Source of the DNA: an uncultured virus (IMG/VR IMGVR_UViG_3300029258_004309)
Lineage: Duplodnaviria; Heunggongvirae; Uroviricota; Caudoviricetes
Length of the DNA: 64,000 bases
Virus record (IMG/VR): IMGVR_UViG_3300029258_004309
Strand: one strand, 5' to 3'
The notes beneath the pieces were generated by a model that saw only the letters and a program-made list of their open reading frames with translations, had not been told where the DNA came from and made no database searches. Of this stretch, positions 19,049-29,114 are shown piece after piece. How positions within the stretch are numbered: the first letter of the stretch is position 1; every line of letters starts with the position of its first letter. Both the position numbers and the translations under genes were made by a program.

Positions 19049-19528
19049 TCACCCTCCCAGAAGGGAGATGCTCGGCTCCTCCTTCTCCATGTCGTAAAGT
19101 CGAATCGTAACGCGTTCTTCTTCTCCCGCAGCGTTCGGGCTCTTGGTCAGGATCACCACCATGAACTGGCTGTCGTCGATGCCGCAAACGTCGGCGAGGA
19201 CATCCTCCAGAAGTTTGACTCTATTGGTGGCGTCCATCTTCTTGTAACGCGTTCTCGACTGTTTTGGATACGTCTTGTTGAACAGGTTGTTGAAGAAGAA
19301 GACGAAGTGCACGATGTACGGGACGTTCTTCTTGATCTGCGCCAGCGACGACCCGTAGTGCTTGGTCAGGTACACCTTCGACTCCCGCTTGAACGCCTTG
19401 CCCTTGTCCGTGAGCCGCCGCCCGCCGCCGCGCACGATCTTGCCCCTGACTTTCACCGGGGGCACGTTCTCGTAGGCGTGGTTGGTGGTCGGCGGCATGT
19501 CCGGCAGGCGCAGCTCGATCATTGCCAA
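19049..19528 (-). CDS. rusA: RusA-family Holliday junction resolvase
   Basis: PPTTNHAY start; KMDATNRVKLLED...GIDDSQ catalytic Asp pattern. Confidence 0.8.
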   Translation of the reverse strand: MAMIELRLPDMPPTTNHAYENVPPVKVRGKIVRGGGRRLTDKGKAFKRESKVYLTKHYGSSLAQIKKNVPYIVHFVFFFNNLFNKTYPKQSRTRYKKMDATNRVKLLEDVLADVCGIDDSQFMVVILTKSPNAAGEEERVTIRLYDMEKEEPSISLLGG

Positions 19529-20103
19529 CCCCTGCCCATGTTGCTCTCCCTGACCTGGCCGTCGAACTCCGTTTTGCGGATCTCGACTTGGCGGGAGATG
19601 ACCTTGAGGTGCTCCTTGGCGGAGTTGGACCTGTCCCTGAGCAGCATACAGACCTGCTCTTGAACCTGGAGCTCAATGCGCAGGGGGCGGTACATTGGGT
19701 GCAGCTGGAGGTGGTCCTTCTTCTGCTCGACCGTCATCTTCTCCTTCGTGTTCTTGAGCCTCTTGTCCAGGTTCGTGCGGATGCGGGCGGCCACGTCGTC
19801 GATCTCGTTCTCCAGTTGGAGTAGGATGGCGTTGGACTCCGTGAGCCGTTGGTTCACGAACGTTGCCCAGCCCAGGTACTCCACGTAGCGCTCGGAGTAC
19901 TCGGTGCCGGAGATGTCGGCCAGCTCCCCTTTCTTGATGGGCGAGGGGGCGTTGGCTTCCGTGACGCCCATCTGTTCGAGCCGCTGCACCGCGTCGTCGT
20001 AGGTGTCCCACTCGCGCTGTACCTGCTCGTTCTCCTGCTGGCTGATGGTGGGCGGAATGCGGAACTTGACTCCGCGGCTTACCGGCTGCCTTTTCTTTTC
20101 CAT
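19519..20103 (-). CDS. Coiled-coil protein (possible recombination mediator)
   Basis: 194-aa helical ORF in the recombination cluster; function inferred from context. Confidence 0.55.
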   Translation of the reverse strand: MEKKRQPVSRGVKFRIPPTISQQENEQVQREWDTYDDAVQRLEQMGVTEANAPSPIKKGELADISGTEYSERYVEYLGWATFVNQRLTESNAILLQLENEIDDVAARIRTNLDKRLKNTKEKMTVEQKKDHLQLHPMYRPLRIELQVQEQVCMLLRDRSNSAKEHLKVISRQVEIRKTEFDGQVRESNMGRGWQ

Positions 20104-20927
20104 GCGCGCGTCTCCACATTCATGCCGGCTTGTAGCATCGCCATCTCACCCGAGCGGTCCCTCGGTGAGCGGCGCCATGACGGGTGGCAAGTCCATGCGT
20201 ACTTGCACCACTCGCACCAGATGCCCTCCTTGCGCGGTGGTAGTTCGCCCGCCTCGATGAGGGCGTTGAGCTCTACGATGCGGTCCACCACCCTGCTCCA
20301 GATCATCGGTGTGTACTTGACCAGGAACGGTCCGGCGGACGGCGTGATGTTCTCGTTGCCCTTGTTGTAGTACATGAGCCAGGTTGCTGGGAGGTCCAGG
20401 CAGGCCATGTACACGTGCACTTGGTCGAGGTGGTAGTCCCGGGGCTCGGTGAGCTTTTCGAACTGTGCGGCCGACTCGGTTTTGATCTCCAGCCCCATGC
20501 GTGCGATCGGGTTGCCATCCTTGAGGAAGGTGATGACGCCGTCGCACGAGCTGAAGATGTTCCAGTCGGCGGCCACTGTGTTGTTGTCGGGGTTGATCCG
20601 CACCTCGTCTTCGAACTGGTAGGAGTCGAACTTGCCATCCATCTCGTGCATGGCTGCTTGGATGCCGGCGTGCACCCAGTGCCCATGCTCGAACTTCTTG
20701 CGCCAGACCCGCCCGATGACCCCCTTTTTCTCCGTGCCGGTCATCGTGTAGGCGGCGGAGCGCAAGCACCCCGTGATCTCGGAGGCATGCACGCCGGCAG
20801 GACGGTCGTGGTCGTCACGCTCGTCCATGAACCGTTCGTACGCATCCGAGAAGCCGCGGAACAAGTGCCCGTGCTCCTCCCAGTTCTCTTCCCGTTCGCC
20901 GTCTGCGATCGTCAGCAGACTCATCAT
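20079..20927 (-). CDS. Cas4-like PD-(D/E)xK exonuclease
   Basis: HASEITGCLR, GHWVH, SCDG, LEIKT, QVHVY and C-terminal CEWCKYAWTC Fe-S cysteines. Confidence 0.8.
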   Translation of the reverse strand: MMSLLTIADGEREENWEEHGHLFRGFSDAYERFMDERDDHDRPAGVHASEITGCLRSAAYTMTGTEKKGVIGRVWRKKFEHGHWVHAGIQAAMHEMDGKFDSYQFEDEVRINPDNNTVAADWNIFSSCDGVITFLKDGNPIARMGLEIKTESAAQFEKLTEPRDYHLDQVHVYMACLDLPATWLMYYNKGNENITPSAGPFLVKYTPMIWSRVVDRIVELNALIEAGELPPRKEGIWCEWCKYAWTCHPSWRRSPRDRSGEMAMLQAGMNVETRAWKRKGSR

Positions 20928-21277
20928 TCCTCCTTTACCTTGTGTCTCCAGTAGTCGTAGGGGATGACGACCCACTGTTCTTCGACGTTGCGCTGCTCGT
21001 CCGTGAACTGGATCTGCATGAGCGGCACCTCGCCGAGTTCGCAGTGGCCGCGCACCTTCGCCAAGTCGCTGCGCTTGACGGAGAACGACTTCTTGCTCGT
21101 CATCTTCGCCTCGACGCGGAACTTGCCCTCCTTTCGTACGTCGTCCTTGTTCCAAGGCCCGCCTCCGGAGCCAGGCTGCCTGCGACCGCCGATGTCCTTG
21201 GCGATCTTGTGCTCCTGCCTCTCGGAGGCGCGCCTCGTCTTCTTGGCCTTTCGGCTCAGCCCCGTCGGAACAGACAT
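20924..21277 (-). CDS. PD-(D/E)xK nuclease (Hjc-like resolvase)
   Basis: RQEHKIAK...RRQPGSGG...KDDV...VEAKMT. Confidence 0.7.
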   Translation of the reverse strand: MSVPTGLSRKAKKTRRASERQEHKIAKDIGGRRQPGSGGGPWNKDDVRKEGKFRVEAKMTSKKSFSVKRSDLAKVRGHCELGEVPLMQIQFTDEQRNVEEQWVVIPYDYWRHKVKEE

Positions 21278-22521
21278 GGCAGCCCCGTCACCTTGTTGGC
21301 GAGTACCTGCCTGACGTGGACCGACAGCTTCGGGTCCTCGTCCAGCAGGCGGATGAGCTCGGCGACACCATTGATGCCCTCGAGCAGGTTCGAGCCGTTG
21401 GCATCCAGCACGTTGATGCCACCGCGCTTCTCGACGAGCAGCCCGTTTTGAATGAGCGGCTCGATGAGCGAGGCGTTGACGTCGATCATCGACTTCATGG
21501 TGTTGTCGTTGAACATGAACTGGACCTTGCCCTTGCGGCCTTCCCGAACGCCCTCCTTCCCTTTCTGCGTCTCCCACTTGAACCACTTGCCGATCTGCGC
21601 CCCCTTGTCGGCGGAGCGGCCGGACTTGATCTTCTCGCCGTTCTCCACGATGACCGTGACGCTGTTGCCGTGCTTGACCGCCCAGCCGTCCTGGTTCTTG
21701 AACTTGCGACCGTAGGTGCTGGCTTCCATGTCGGCGCGCACCTGGCCCGTTGCGAGGATGGTGGTCTCGTGCTTGAGCCCCCCGAGCTCCGGGAGCTTGC
21801 GCTGGAGCTTGTGGTAGCGGTCGAAGAACTTGCGCTTGAGAAGGGCGCGGGCGGCCATCTTCTCCTTGTCGTCCATGTCCTTTTCGTACTCGGCTTCGGA
21901 CGTGAGCACGCTCAGGGAGTCGATGCCGATGATGTGGTAGAAGCCGGTCTCCAGTGCCTTGAGAAGGATGGTGAGAACCTCTTCCCCGGAGCCGCCGGTT
22001 GCGATGTGGAACGTGCCGGTCTTCTCCATGAGCAAAGTGCGCTCCTCGAGAGTGAGCGGTTCCATGCCCAGCTGCCTGCGGCCCTCTTCCATGTCGTCGA
22101 TGGTGGCGAGCGGCAATCCTACACGGCACCCGACCTTGCGCATGAGCAGGTAGTCCGGCTTCGTCTCCACCCAGATGTGAAGGATGCGGGCGTCATCCCC
22201 GTAGATCGTCTGGTGGAACGCGTAGTAGTAGTCGAGCAGGACGGTCTTGCCAGAGCCATCGGGGCCGACGATGAGTGTGACGGCGTCGGCAGGCAGCCCG
22301 CCCCCGGTGCCCACGTCCAGCCCCGCAATGCCGCACGGTCGCCGCAGCAGGCTGGTATGCCCGGAGTCCTCAACCGTTCCGATTGCGTTGAACCCCATGG
22401 CCTCGTTGACGGCGTTGGCGATGGCCGCGCTCCTCTGCGCGGTGGCGGGCTTGTTCGTTGACGGAGACCGCTTCGCGGGTTTCTTCGCCGCTTTCTTGGT
22501 GGCCGGTTTGCGCGACGCCAT
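21256..22521 (-). CDS. RecA-like recombinase
   Basis: LDVGTGGGLP, Walker A GPDGSGKT, Walker B IIGIDSL, ATGQVR, DGWAVKH. Confidence 0.85.
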   Translation of the reverse strand: MASRKPATKKAAKKPAKRSPSTNKPATAQRSAAIANAVNEAMGFNAIGTVEDSGHTSLLRRPCGIAGLDVGTGGGLPADAVTLIVGPDGSGKTVLLDYYYAFHQTIYGDDARILHIWVETKPDYLLMRKVGCRVGLPLATIDDMEEGRRQLGMEPLTLEERTLLMEKTGTFHIATGGSGEEVLTILLKALETGFYHIIGIDSLSVLTSEAEYEKDMDDKEKMAARALLKRKFFDRYHKLQRKLPELGGLKHETTILATGQVRADMEASTYGRKFKNQDGWAVKHGNSVTVIVENGEKIKSGRSADKGAQIGKWFKWETQKGKEGVREGRKGKVQFMFNDNTMKSMIDVNASLIEPLIQNGLLVEKRGGINVLDANGSNLLEGINGVAELIRLLDEDPKLSVHVRQVLANKVTGLPCLFRRG

Positions 22522-22688
22522 CACTTCTCCTCGATCTCGCCGGTCTCTTCGAAGGGCTCGGTGCCGCAGCTGGGGCACATGAGAACGTCACCATGCCTTT
22601 CGATCTTGGCGCCGCACTTGGGGCAGCCGCCGCTGGCGAACTTCTTCATCTTGTCGTTCTTCGACTCGTCGACTCCGTACTTGTCCAT
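22521..22688 (-). CDS. Small zinc-ribbon protein (55 aa, absent from the ORF track)
   Basis: Translated by hand: MDKYGVDESKNDKMKKFASGGCPKCGAKIERHGDVLMCPSCGTEPFEETGEIEEK*; GGAGG RBS. Confidence 0.7.
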   Translation of the reverse strand: MDKYGVDESKNDKMKKFASGGCPKCGAKIERHGDVLMCPSCGTEPFEETGEIEEK

Positions 22689-22689
22689 C

Positions 22690-23160
22690 TCAACCTCCTG
22701 TGGATGAGTTCTGCTTTGCCGTTTGCATGAGCTCTCGCATCTGCTTGAACCACTGCAGTCGTCGGCCCATCGTCATTCCCTCCAACAGGGCGTATACGTG
22801 GTACCCGTGCAGCTGTGCGAGGATCGCTTCCGCGTACCGATGCCCGGCGTAGATGTAGATGTCGTCCTCTTTGGTGACTCCGAAGCAGGACGTCAGTATG
22901 TTGGCGCAACGAGCCCCCCAGTCCCTTCGTTCGTTGGGGGACTTGGGGAGCTCGCGCTCGTAGGTGTAGACCGGGTAGTCGGGCCGCATCACGTGGTGGA
23001 ACGCGGACACGATGAGAACCCGGTCGTGTGCAAGGCACGCGTAGTCGTACGCGGCCCTGAAGAGGCTGCCGGTGTACAGCTCGCAAGCCGGGACGGGGGT
23101 GTCCCCCGTCTCGATCTTGCTTTTGCCGCACCCGACGAGCGCGATGGATTGCCCGCTCAC
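22690..23160 (-). CDS. DUF6884-like protein
   Basis: IALVGCGKSK...PACELYTGSLF...IVSAFH...YTYE...AGHRY...GRRLQWF pattern; GTG start. Confidence 0.6.
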   Translation of the reverse strand: MSGQSIALVGCGKSKIETGDTPVPACELYTGSLFRAAYDYACLAHDRVLIVSAFHHVMRPDYPVYTYERELPKSPNERRDWGARCANILTSCFGVTKEDDIYIYAGHRYAEAILAQLHGYHVYALLEGMTMGRRLQWFKQMRELMQTAKQNSSTGG

Positions 23161-23453
23161 TTCGCGGCCTTTGCTTCTTTGGCGGCTTCGTGCCTCGCCA
23201 TGTTCATGGCGCTGTACTTGCGAACGCACCCGCACATCGGCATGACCTCTCCGCAGTCCTCGCAGATCTTGCCCTTGCCGGTGCCGTTGCAGGCCATGCA
23301 CCGGTAGTCCTTCGTCCTGAAGTTCCAGTCGTGCAGGCCCGTGCCTCCGCAGATGCGACAGGTCCGGTCCCCTGGCTCGCGGTGTGCGTCGATGGGTTCT
23401 GGGAAGGGCACGACTGGCAGCACCTTCGGCAGCCTGTACTTTCTCTTGCTCAC
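23157..23453 (-). CDS. DnaJ-type zinc-finger small protein
   Basis: CRICGGTG and CMACNGTG repeats plus CEDC. Confidence 0.6.
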   Translation of the reverse strand: MSKRKYRLPKVLPVVPFPEPIDAHREPGDRTCRICGGTGLHDWNFRTKDYRCMACNGTGKGKICEDCGEVMPMCGCVRKYSAMNMARHEAAKEAKAAK

Positions 23454-25507
23454 TTTGCCTCCGCCCAGTGAGCCCCTTTACCTGCGTCAGTGAGAAGCTC
23501 CACAGGAAGGTCGATCAAGAATGGGTGCTCCATGCGGTCCCTGATCTCCTCCATTGCCGCGTCGGCGGTTTCTGCTGGGCACTCGAAGACGATCTCGTCG
23601 TGCACCTGCAGAAGCATCCGGCAGCCGTACTTCTCTTCGAGGTTGGCCTCGTCGCACAGAATCATGGCCATCTTCGCCACGTCTGCCGCCGTGCCCTGAA
23701 TGCGGACGTTGCCGGACTGTCGCTCGGCACGCCATCGCATCTGTTCGTCGTGAGCGTGGATGTCGGGCAGAACCCGACGGCGACCAAGGAAGGTGTGAGC
23801 GCAGGTCGTCTCCCGGACGATGTCGACGGAGTCCTCGAAGAACTTCCGCACGGCCGGGTAGCGATCCATGTACGCTCCCATCTTCTCCTCGGCCTCGGCA
23901 ACCGTGCACTTCAGCCGCTTGGCGAGCTCCCACTTCTTCATGCCGTAGTTCAGCCCGAAGCCGATGGTCTTGGCCGCGGACCTGGCATGAAGGCAGTCTT
24001 GCAGGTACTTGTGCTGAGCGAGGTCCTGTACTTTGAGCGCGCCCCACTCATCCTCGCTCATCTTCTTGGCCCGTTTGATGTCGTCGTACGGGAGGCCGAA
24101 GACCAGAGAGGCGTTGCCGATGTGGATGTCCCACCCCTTCTTGAAGATGTCGATCATGTCCTGTTCACCCGACAGCGCAGCGAGCAGGCGCATCTCCAAC
24201 TGCTTGTAGTCGAAGACGATCATGACGTAGCCCGGAGGCACGATGAATGCCTTGCGGATCTGGTAGATGTCGTCTTCCGGGTTCTTGATGTTCTGCAGGT
24301 TGGGGTCGGACGACGAGAGTCGGCCGGTCCGCGCCACGTCTTGGTTGAACTTGGTACGGATGCGGCCATCTTCGTCCAGACGATCGAGCAGGCCCTCCAC
24401 GTAGGTGCCCTTCGTCTTGGTGATGTCGCGAACTGCGAGGAGCAGGTTGGCGACTGGGTCGTTGTACTTGTCGCTGAGGTAGGTGATGGTCGCTTCATCC
24501 GTGGAAGGCGATCGAACCCCGCCCTTGCCGCCCTTCGTTCGCTTGAGCGGGGTGTACTTCATCACGTCGAAGAAGTACTCCCTGAGCTGCTTGGTGGAGT
24601 TGGGGTTGGTGAGCAGGGCCCCGGCCTTGTCGGCCTCGTGGGCGATCTGCCTGGTGAGCTCGGCGAGCCGCTCTTCCATGGGGGCTTTGAGCCCTTCGAG
24701 GAACTCGACGTCGATGACGACTCCGTTGCGCTCGCACTTCCAAAGCACCTTGGTGAACGGTACCTCGATGATGAAGAACAGGTCGGCCAGGGTACCGATG
24801 ATGGTCCGATGGTTTGGGTCCATCTCTCGCATCATGGCATCCATGCCGCAGTCGACCTCGACCTTCATGAGCAGCTCCTCGAGCTTCTCGAACAGCAGCA
24901 AGGTGCCGTAGGCGTCGTTCGAGGCGTACTCCGTCAGCAGGTCCCGGTCGTTCTCGTAGGCCCAGAGCAATGCGTCCTGTACCGACACGAACTTGCCGCC
25001 TGCCTCGACCTCTTCGGCCGTGGAGCCACGTGTGAGCTTGCCCCCTTTCTGGACCTTGAAGGTGTCCATGAAGTCCTTCCAGGTCCAGCCGAGGATGTGA
25101 TCGCTGATGTACTTGAGCCGGTGCGGGTGCTCTTCGTACAGCAGCGCGTGCATGACTTGGATGTCGACGACTTGCCCTGCGAAGCGGATGCCTACGTTCG
25201 CCAGCATGTGCATGTCGAACTTGGCATTCGCGAACACCCAGCTGATACGTTCGTCGTCGAACAGCTTGTGGAAGCGGTGGAGAAGACCGGCGTGCAGGGT
25301 ACAGCGGTGCACCTGCCCGTCGATCGACCTCCACGACAGCGACCAGAACAGGGGCACGTCTCGTGTCTTGTTCAGGCCGGTGGTCTCCGTGTCGATTGCG
25401 ATGACCCTGACCTTGCTCAGCGTCTCGATCAACTCGGAGGTGATGGCGCCGTCGAGGCCGTCGTCGTAGAAGTACGCCGCCGGCATCCCAACGTTCAGGC
25501 TCCGCAT
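23450..25507 (-). CDS. polA: Family A DNA polymerase (3'-5' exonuclease plus polymerase, no 5'-3' exonuclease)
   Basis: IDTETTG, NAKFD, YASNDA; RTGRLSSSDPNLQNI; DYKQLEMR; AKTIGFGLNYG; IQGTAAD; LQVHDEIV. Confidence 0.95.
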   Translation of the reverse strand: MRSLNVGMPAAYFYDDGLDGAITSELIETLSKVRVIAIDTETTGLNKTRDVPLFWSLSWRSIDGQVHRCTLHAGLLHRFHKLFDDERISWVFANAKFDMHMLANVGIRFAGQVVDIQVMHALLYEEHPHRLKYISDHILGWTWKDFMDTFKVQKGGKLTRGSTAEEVEAGGKFVSVQDALLWAYENDRDLLTEYASNDAYGTLLLFEKLEELLMKVEVDCGMDAMMREMDPNHRTIIGTLADLFFIIEVPFTKVLWKCERNGVVIDVEFLEGLKAPMEERLAELTRQIAHEADKAGALLTNPNSTKQLREYFFDVMKYTPLKRTKGGKGGVRSPSTDEATITYLSDKYNDPVANLLLAVRDITKTKGTYVEGLLDRLDEDGRIRTKFNQDVARTGRLSSSDPNLQNIKNPEDDIYQIRKAFIVPPGYVMIVFDYKQLEMRLLAALSGEQDMIDIFKKGWDIHIGNASLVFGLPYDDIKRAKKMSEDEWGALKVQDLAQHKYLQDCLHARSAAKTIGFGLNYGMKKWELAKRLKCTVAEAEEKMGAYMDRYPAVRKFFEDSVDIVRETTCAHTFLGRRRVLPDIHAHDEQMRWRAERQSGNVRIQGTAADVAKMAMILCDEANLEEKYGCRMLLQVHDEIVFECPAETADAAMEEIRDRMEHPFLIDLPVELLTDAGKGAHWAEAK

Positions 25508-25528
25508 GTGCTCCTCCTGGGCGGCCTA

Positions 25529-26671
25529 CTACCGCTGTTGCCCGTACTCCCTGGTGGAGTTACTCGGGGTGCGCGTGACTTGTTTCGGGCCCAGGATGGC
25601 GACTTGGTCGGCCATGGGGGTCGGTCCGAGCAGCGTCGGGAGATCGAACGGCTGGAGCATGAACTCGGCCTGCTCCTCCGTCAGCCCTTCTGGCAGTTCG
25701 ATGGGGTGGGGCTCGCTGTAGTCGACGAGCTGGAACGTCTTGGTAGACTTGCGCCCCGGGGTCTGCGTCTCGACCATGGCGAAGTGCAGGTCCACGTCGA
25801 AGATGGATGCGGGCTGCGCGTCATCGCAGTTCTCGCACGCGTAGTACTTCTTCGGCAGTGTCGTCTGCTCGCAGTGTGGGCACAGGTACATCTCGTTGGC
25901 CTGCTTGTCGAGCGCTTCGATCTCCTCAGCGTCGAGCTGCGTCTTGCCGCGCTCGTAGAAGGGGTACTCGCACTCGGGGTTGCCACACACGACCGCTTCC
26001 CAGTGGATGCTGTTCTTCGTGCCGCAGTTCTTGCAGCTGTAGAAGATGGCCTTGGCAGTGTCGAGGATGATGCCGCGGTACGTGGAGCCGAAGTCCCAGC
26101 GCATCTTGCGGCAGGGAAGGGTCTCGGCTTGCGGATCGCGACGAGAGCGCTGCCACGCCATGAACGCCGAGCCGTCGTTGCGTGTCTTGACTTGGCCGGT
26201 GCTCTTGTCGAGCTGCGGAAGCAGCTGATACTCGTGGTAGTGGATGAGCGAAACGGAGTGCTGCTGCCTGCGTCCGAGGTAGCCCTCCTTCCAGCGGCCC
26301 CGCTCGTCCTTCGTGCGTGCAGCCAGGTACAGGTCGCAGCCGTGGCAGGGCTCTGCACGATTCGAGTCGAAGAAGTACAGTCCACCGCTGCACGACGTGG
26401 ACTTGTAGGTGCGTGTGTCGCGGTGCTCACGCCAGGTGAAGAACGGCCAGTCTCCGACGACGACCTGGTCGTTGAGCAGCAGCTCTTGTCGGTACATCTG
26501 CGGCAGCAGGCGCACGATGTCCGGGGCGCGGCGGGTGCCGCTGGGGTAGTACGCGTCGTCCATCAGATGATACCCGAGCCGTCCTCCAGCTCCCCTCTGC
26601 CCCGTCTGGGCCATGAGGGCCATCATCTGCGTTACGTCGCCTTGTACGATGACAGGATCTTGTTCAGCCAT
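25529..26671 (-). CDS. Putative ssDNA-binding protein with several zinc motifs
   Basis: Lies between primase and polymerase; VRLLP, H...C...CHGC and three further CxxC pairs. Confidence 0.5.
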   Translation of the reverse strand: MAEQDPVIVQGDVTQMMALMAQTGQRGAGGRLGYHLMDDAYYPSGTRRAPDIVRLLPQMYRQELLLNDQVVVGDWPFFTWREHRDTRTYKSTSCSGGLYFFDSNRAEPCHGCDLYLAARTKDERGRWKEGYLGRRQQHSVSLIHYHEYQLLPQLDKSTGQVKTRNDGSAFMAWQRSRRDPQAETLPCRKMRWDFGSTYRGIILDTAKAIFYSCKNCGTKNSIHWEAVVCGNPECEYPFYERGKTQLDAEEIEALDKQANEMYLCPHCEQTTLPKKYYACENCDDAQPASIFDVDLHFAMVETQTPGRKSTKTFQLVDYSEPHPIELPEGLTEEQAEFMLQPFDLPTLLGPTPMADQVAILGPKQVTRTPSNSTREYGQQR

Positions 26672-27654
26672 TGCTTGTCACTCCTTGTTCTTGTGGCCCA
26701 CAACTCAAAAGGCTCTGCGGATTGCACCGCGCCTACGACTTCATCTGGGGGCATGTGGTCGGGCTGTTTCCCGTACGGCACGTCTGCCACCCGAACCGGG
26801 AAGGAACGGGACAGCTTTCGTCCGGCGATCAGGGTACCACTGAACCCCGCCTTGTCGCCATCAAACATCAGCACGACTCTTCTTCCCAGGCGGGACAGAA
26901 TAGTGCACTGTTCATCGGTCAAACCAGAGCCGATAGTAGCGACAACCTCGTGGATTCCTGCTTGGTGAACCCACATGCAGGCTTTGAATCCTTCGACTAC
27001 TACCAGTGGCCCGTCGTTGAAAGTAAGAAGAGGGATGACCTGGTGCAGGTTCCAAAGAAGGACCTTGCGTTCGGTGCCGACCGTCGGCATGCCCCAGATC
27101 TTGTACTCTTCCTTGTAGATCTTGTACCGGCCGCCTTCTTCTCCTTCTGTTCTTCTTCCGCTGACACCCACCAGACGGCCGTGGATGTCACGCAGGGGGT
27201 AGGTAACGCGCATGTGTGTCTTGTCGAAGCCGACGTCGAAGTACCGCAGCACCTCCTCCTCGAAGCCCTGCTCGAGCAGTTCGACGGGGCACCATTGGAA
27301 GAGGCCGAGCAGCGATTCGGGGATGGTCGGGTTCGACAGCAGGTTGTCTCGAAGAGGATCGTGCCGAGGCACTTGTTCTTCTTCGAGACGCTCGATGAGG
27401 GCGCCGTACCGTATCTTGATGACGGCCGGAGCCTCCCCGATGTCCCGGAGGAACCGGGCGAGGTTGCCCTTGGCGTGACAAGAGAAGCAGAAGAAGAGGC
27501 CACGTGAGATGTTCAGGGACAGTGTGCGCGACCCCCCGGGGTCATCCGAGGTATGGAACGGGCACTCCGCCATGATCTGGTCCGGCCCCGACTTCCGTAC
27601 CTTCTTCAGGTACTTGTACGCAAGATCGAGAACGGCATCTTCTGGCGTAGTCAC
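26632..27654 (-). CDS. DNA primase (CHC2 zinc finger plus TOPRIM)
   Basis: CPFH...FFCFSCHAKG; GVSGRR; VVVEGFKA; LMFDGDKAG; KQPD. Confidence 0.92.
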   Translation of the reverse strand: MTTPEDAVLDLAYKYLKKVRKSGPDQIMAECPFHTSDDPGGSRTLSLNISRGLFFCFSCHAKGNLARFLRDIGEAPAVIKIRYGALIERLEEEQVPRHDPLRDNLLSNPTIPESLLGLFQWCPVELLEQGFEEEVLRYFDVGFDKTHMRVTYPLRDIHGRLVGVSGRRTEGEEGGRYKIYKEEYKIWGMPTVGTERKVLLWNLHQVIPLLTFNDGPLVVVEGFKACMWVHQAGIHEVVATIGSGLTDEQCTILSRLGRRVVLMFDGDKAGFSGTLIAGRKLSRSFPVRVADVPYGKQPDHMPPDEVVGAVQSAEPFELWATRTRSDKQWLNKILSSYKAT

Positions 27655-29102
27655 TTCTTCCCCTTGGTGCTCTTCTTGTTGCTGGGTGTACGTTTGACCG
27701 ACTCCAGTTGCTCCTTGAAGCTCTTGAGTGCGGCTGCTTCTGCGTCTTTCGACGATGGCTTTCTTTTCTTCTTCTTCTCTGCTGGTGATTCGCCAGGGTC
27801 GTTCGCGTCGACCTCCTGAGCCTCACGCAGCTCTTTTTCTGTTACCCTTTCTTTGAAGTAGAAGTCCGTGGCCGGAACTCCTCCGATGCGGAAGCCAGGC
27901 AGGTCCCATTCACGGGAGCCCGCTATGCCCATCATGCAGGTGTTCTGGCTCCGGTCCTCGACCTTCTCGTTGACGACTCGGATGGCCGCAGTGGCGTCTT
28001 GACTGAAGGCGTCAGAGAATGCGAGCTCGTCGAGCTCCGCCATCTTGTGCCCAGCCGCTTTGCGGTTGGCCTGGCTCGTGGCAACGAATGGGATCCCTAG
28101 CCGCAGTTGGAGGTCGCGAGCTTGTCTCGAGATTGCTTGGACCCGAACGTTGTCGCTGACGGCCCGCTTGTGGCCAGAGCTCATCAGGTAGATGCCGTCC
28201 ACGTAGACGATGTGCGGCTTGTACTTGCTGACCTTCGCACCGAGCCACGCGATGGTGTCGCCGCCTTCGGACACGTCCTTGCCGGCCAGGCAGATGAGAC
28301 GGTCGCTGTGTTGAATCTGCTGCGACAGGTCTCGTACCGCCCGGAAGTTGGCTCGGTCCTCTTTGGTCAGCTTGCCCCTGCGGAGCTCTCGGTATGGGAC
28401 CTCTGCGAGACAGGCGGCGACGCGTTTGATGATGTTCTCGGGCGTCATCTCCTTGGTGTAGACCAGGATGTTGAGCCCCTGTGTGAAGTGGAAAGCGATG
28501 AGGTACGACAGGATCCACGACTTCATACTCTTGGGTCGGCCGTAGATGATGACGTAGTCGTCGTGCCACAGGCCGAGCGACTCCTCTTGGATGGCTTCCC
28601 AGGGCCACTTGATGGGCGACTCCCCGAGTCCTTCCTCAGCCAGGCAGTACTTCTCGTAGATGGTGTTCATAGCGGCCCCGAACGTGACGTCCTTGTTGGA
28701 GCCGTCGCTGATCTCCATGAGGATCTGCGTCTGCCTGTTGAGGTTGGAGATGGCTTCCAGGGGACTGACGTCGAGGTTGCCGAGTGCCAGCTCCATGGAC
28801 TGCCTTGCTTGAACGGTGACGCGGTTGGTCCTGACCATCAGGCACAGGGACGCGGTCGTCATGCCGGGGTCGTCGCAAAGCACGAACGTGGGAAGCAGGG
28901 CCTTGAGCGTGTTGGGGCCGATGACCGAGCCCGCCGACTCTTGGAAGAAGCTGTACAGGTGAGTGAACGTGCCCCTACCCAGGTCGGTCTGGAAGTCTTC
29001 GTGGTTGATGCCCCACTCCAGCACCTCGGCCAAGTTCCCGGTGCTGATGATCCTGCTTAGGAGCTGCAACTCTACATGGTGCAGCCCTCCGCTCGATTGC
29101 AT
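27651..29102 (-). CDS. DnaB-like replicative helicase
   Basis: Walker A GRPKSMKS, TKEM, VYVDGIYLM, TSQANR, AFSDAFSQDA; adjacent to primase. Confidence 0.88.
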   Translation of the reverse strand: MQSSGGLHHVELQLLSRIISTGNLAEVLEWGINHEDFQTDLGRGTFTHLYSFFQESAGSVIGPNTLKALLPTFVLCDDPGMTTASLCLMVRTNRVTVQARQSMELALGNLDVSPLEAISNLNRQTQILMEISDGSNKDVTFGAAMNTIYEKYCLAEEGLGESPIKWPWEAIQEESLGLWHDDYVIIYGRPKSMKSWILSYLIAFHFTQGLNILVYTKEMTPENIIKRVAACLAEVPYRELRRGKLTKEDRANFRAVRDLSQQIQHSDRLICLAGKDVSEGGDTIAWLGAKVSKYKPHIVYVDGIYLMSSGHKRAVSDNVRVQAISRQARDLQLRLGIPFVATSQANRKAAGHKMAELDELAFSDAFSQDATAAIRVVNEKVEDRSQNTCMMGIAGSREWDLPGFRIGGVPATDFYFKERVTEKELREAQEVDANDPGESPAEKKKKRKPSSKDAEAAALKSFKEQLESVKRTPSNKKSTKGKK

Positions 29103-29114
29103 TCATACCCCTCC

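Noticed and set aside
20079..20927. CRISPR-Cas system suggested by the Cas4-like gene
   Set aside because: No repeat-spacer array or other cas genes seen; the context is recombination
23384..26968. 1194-aa plus-strand ORF
   Set aside because: Antisense shadow of polA and SSB caused by high-GC codon bias; no motifs
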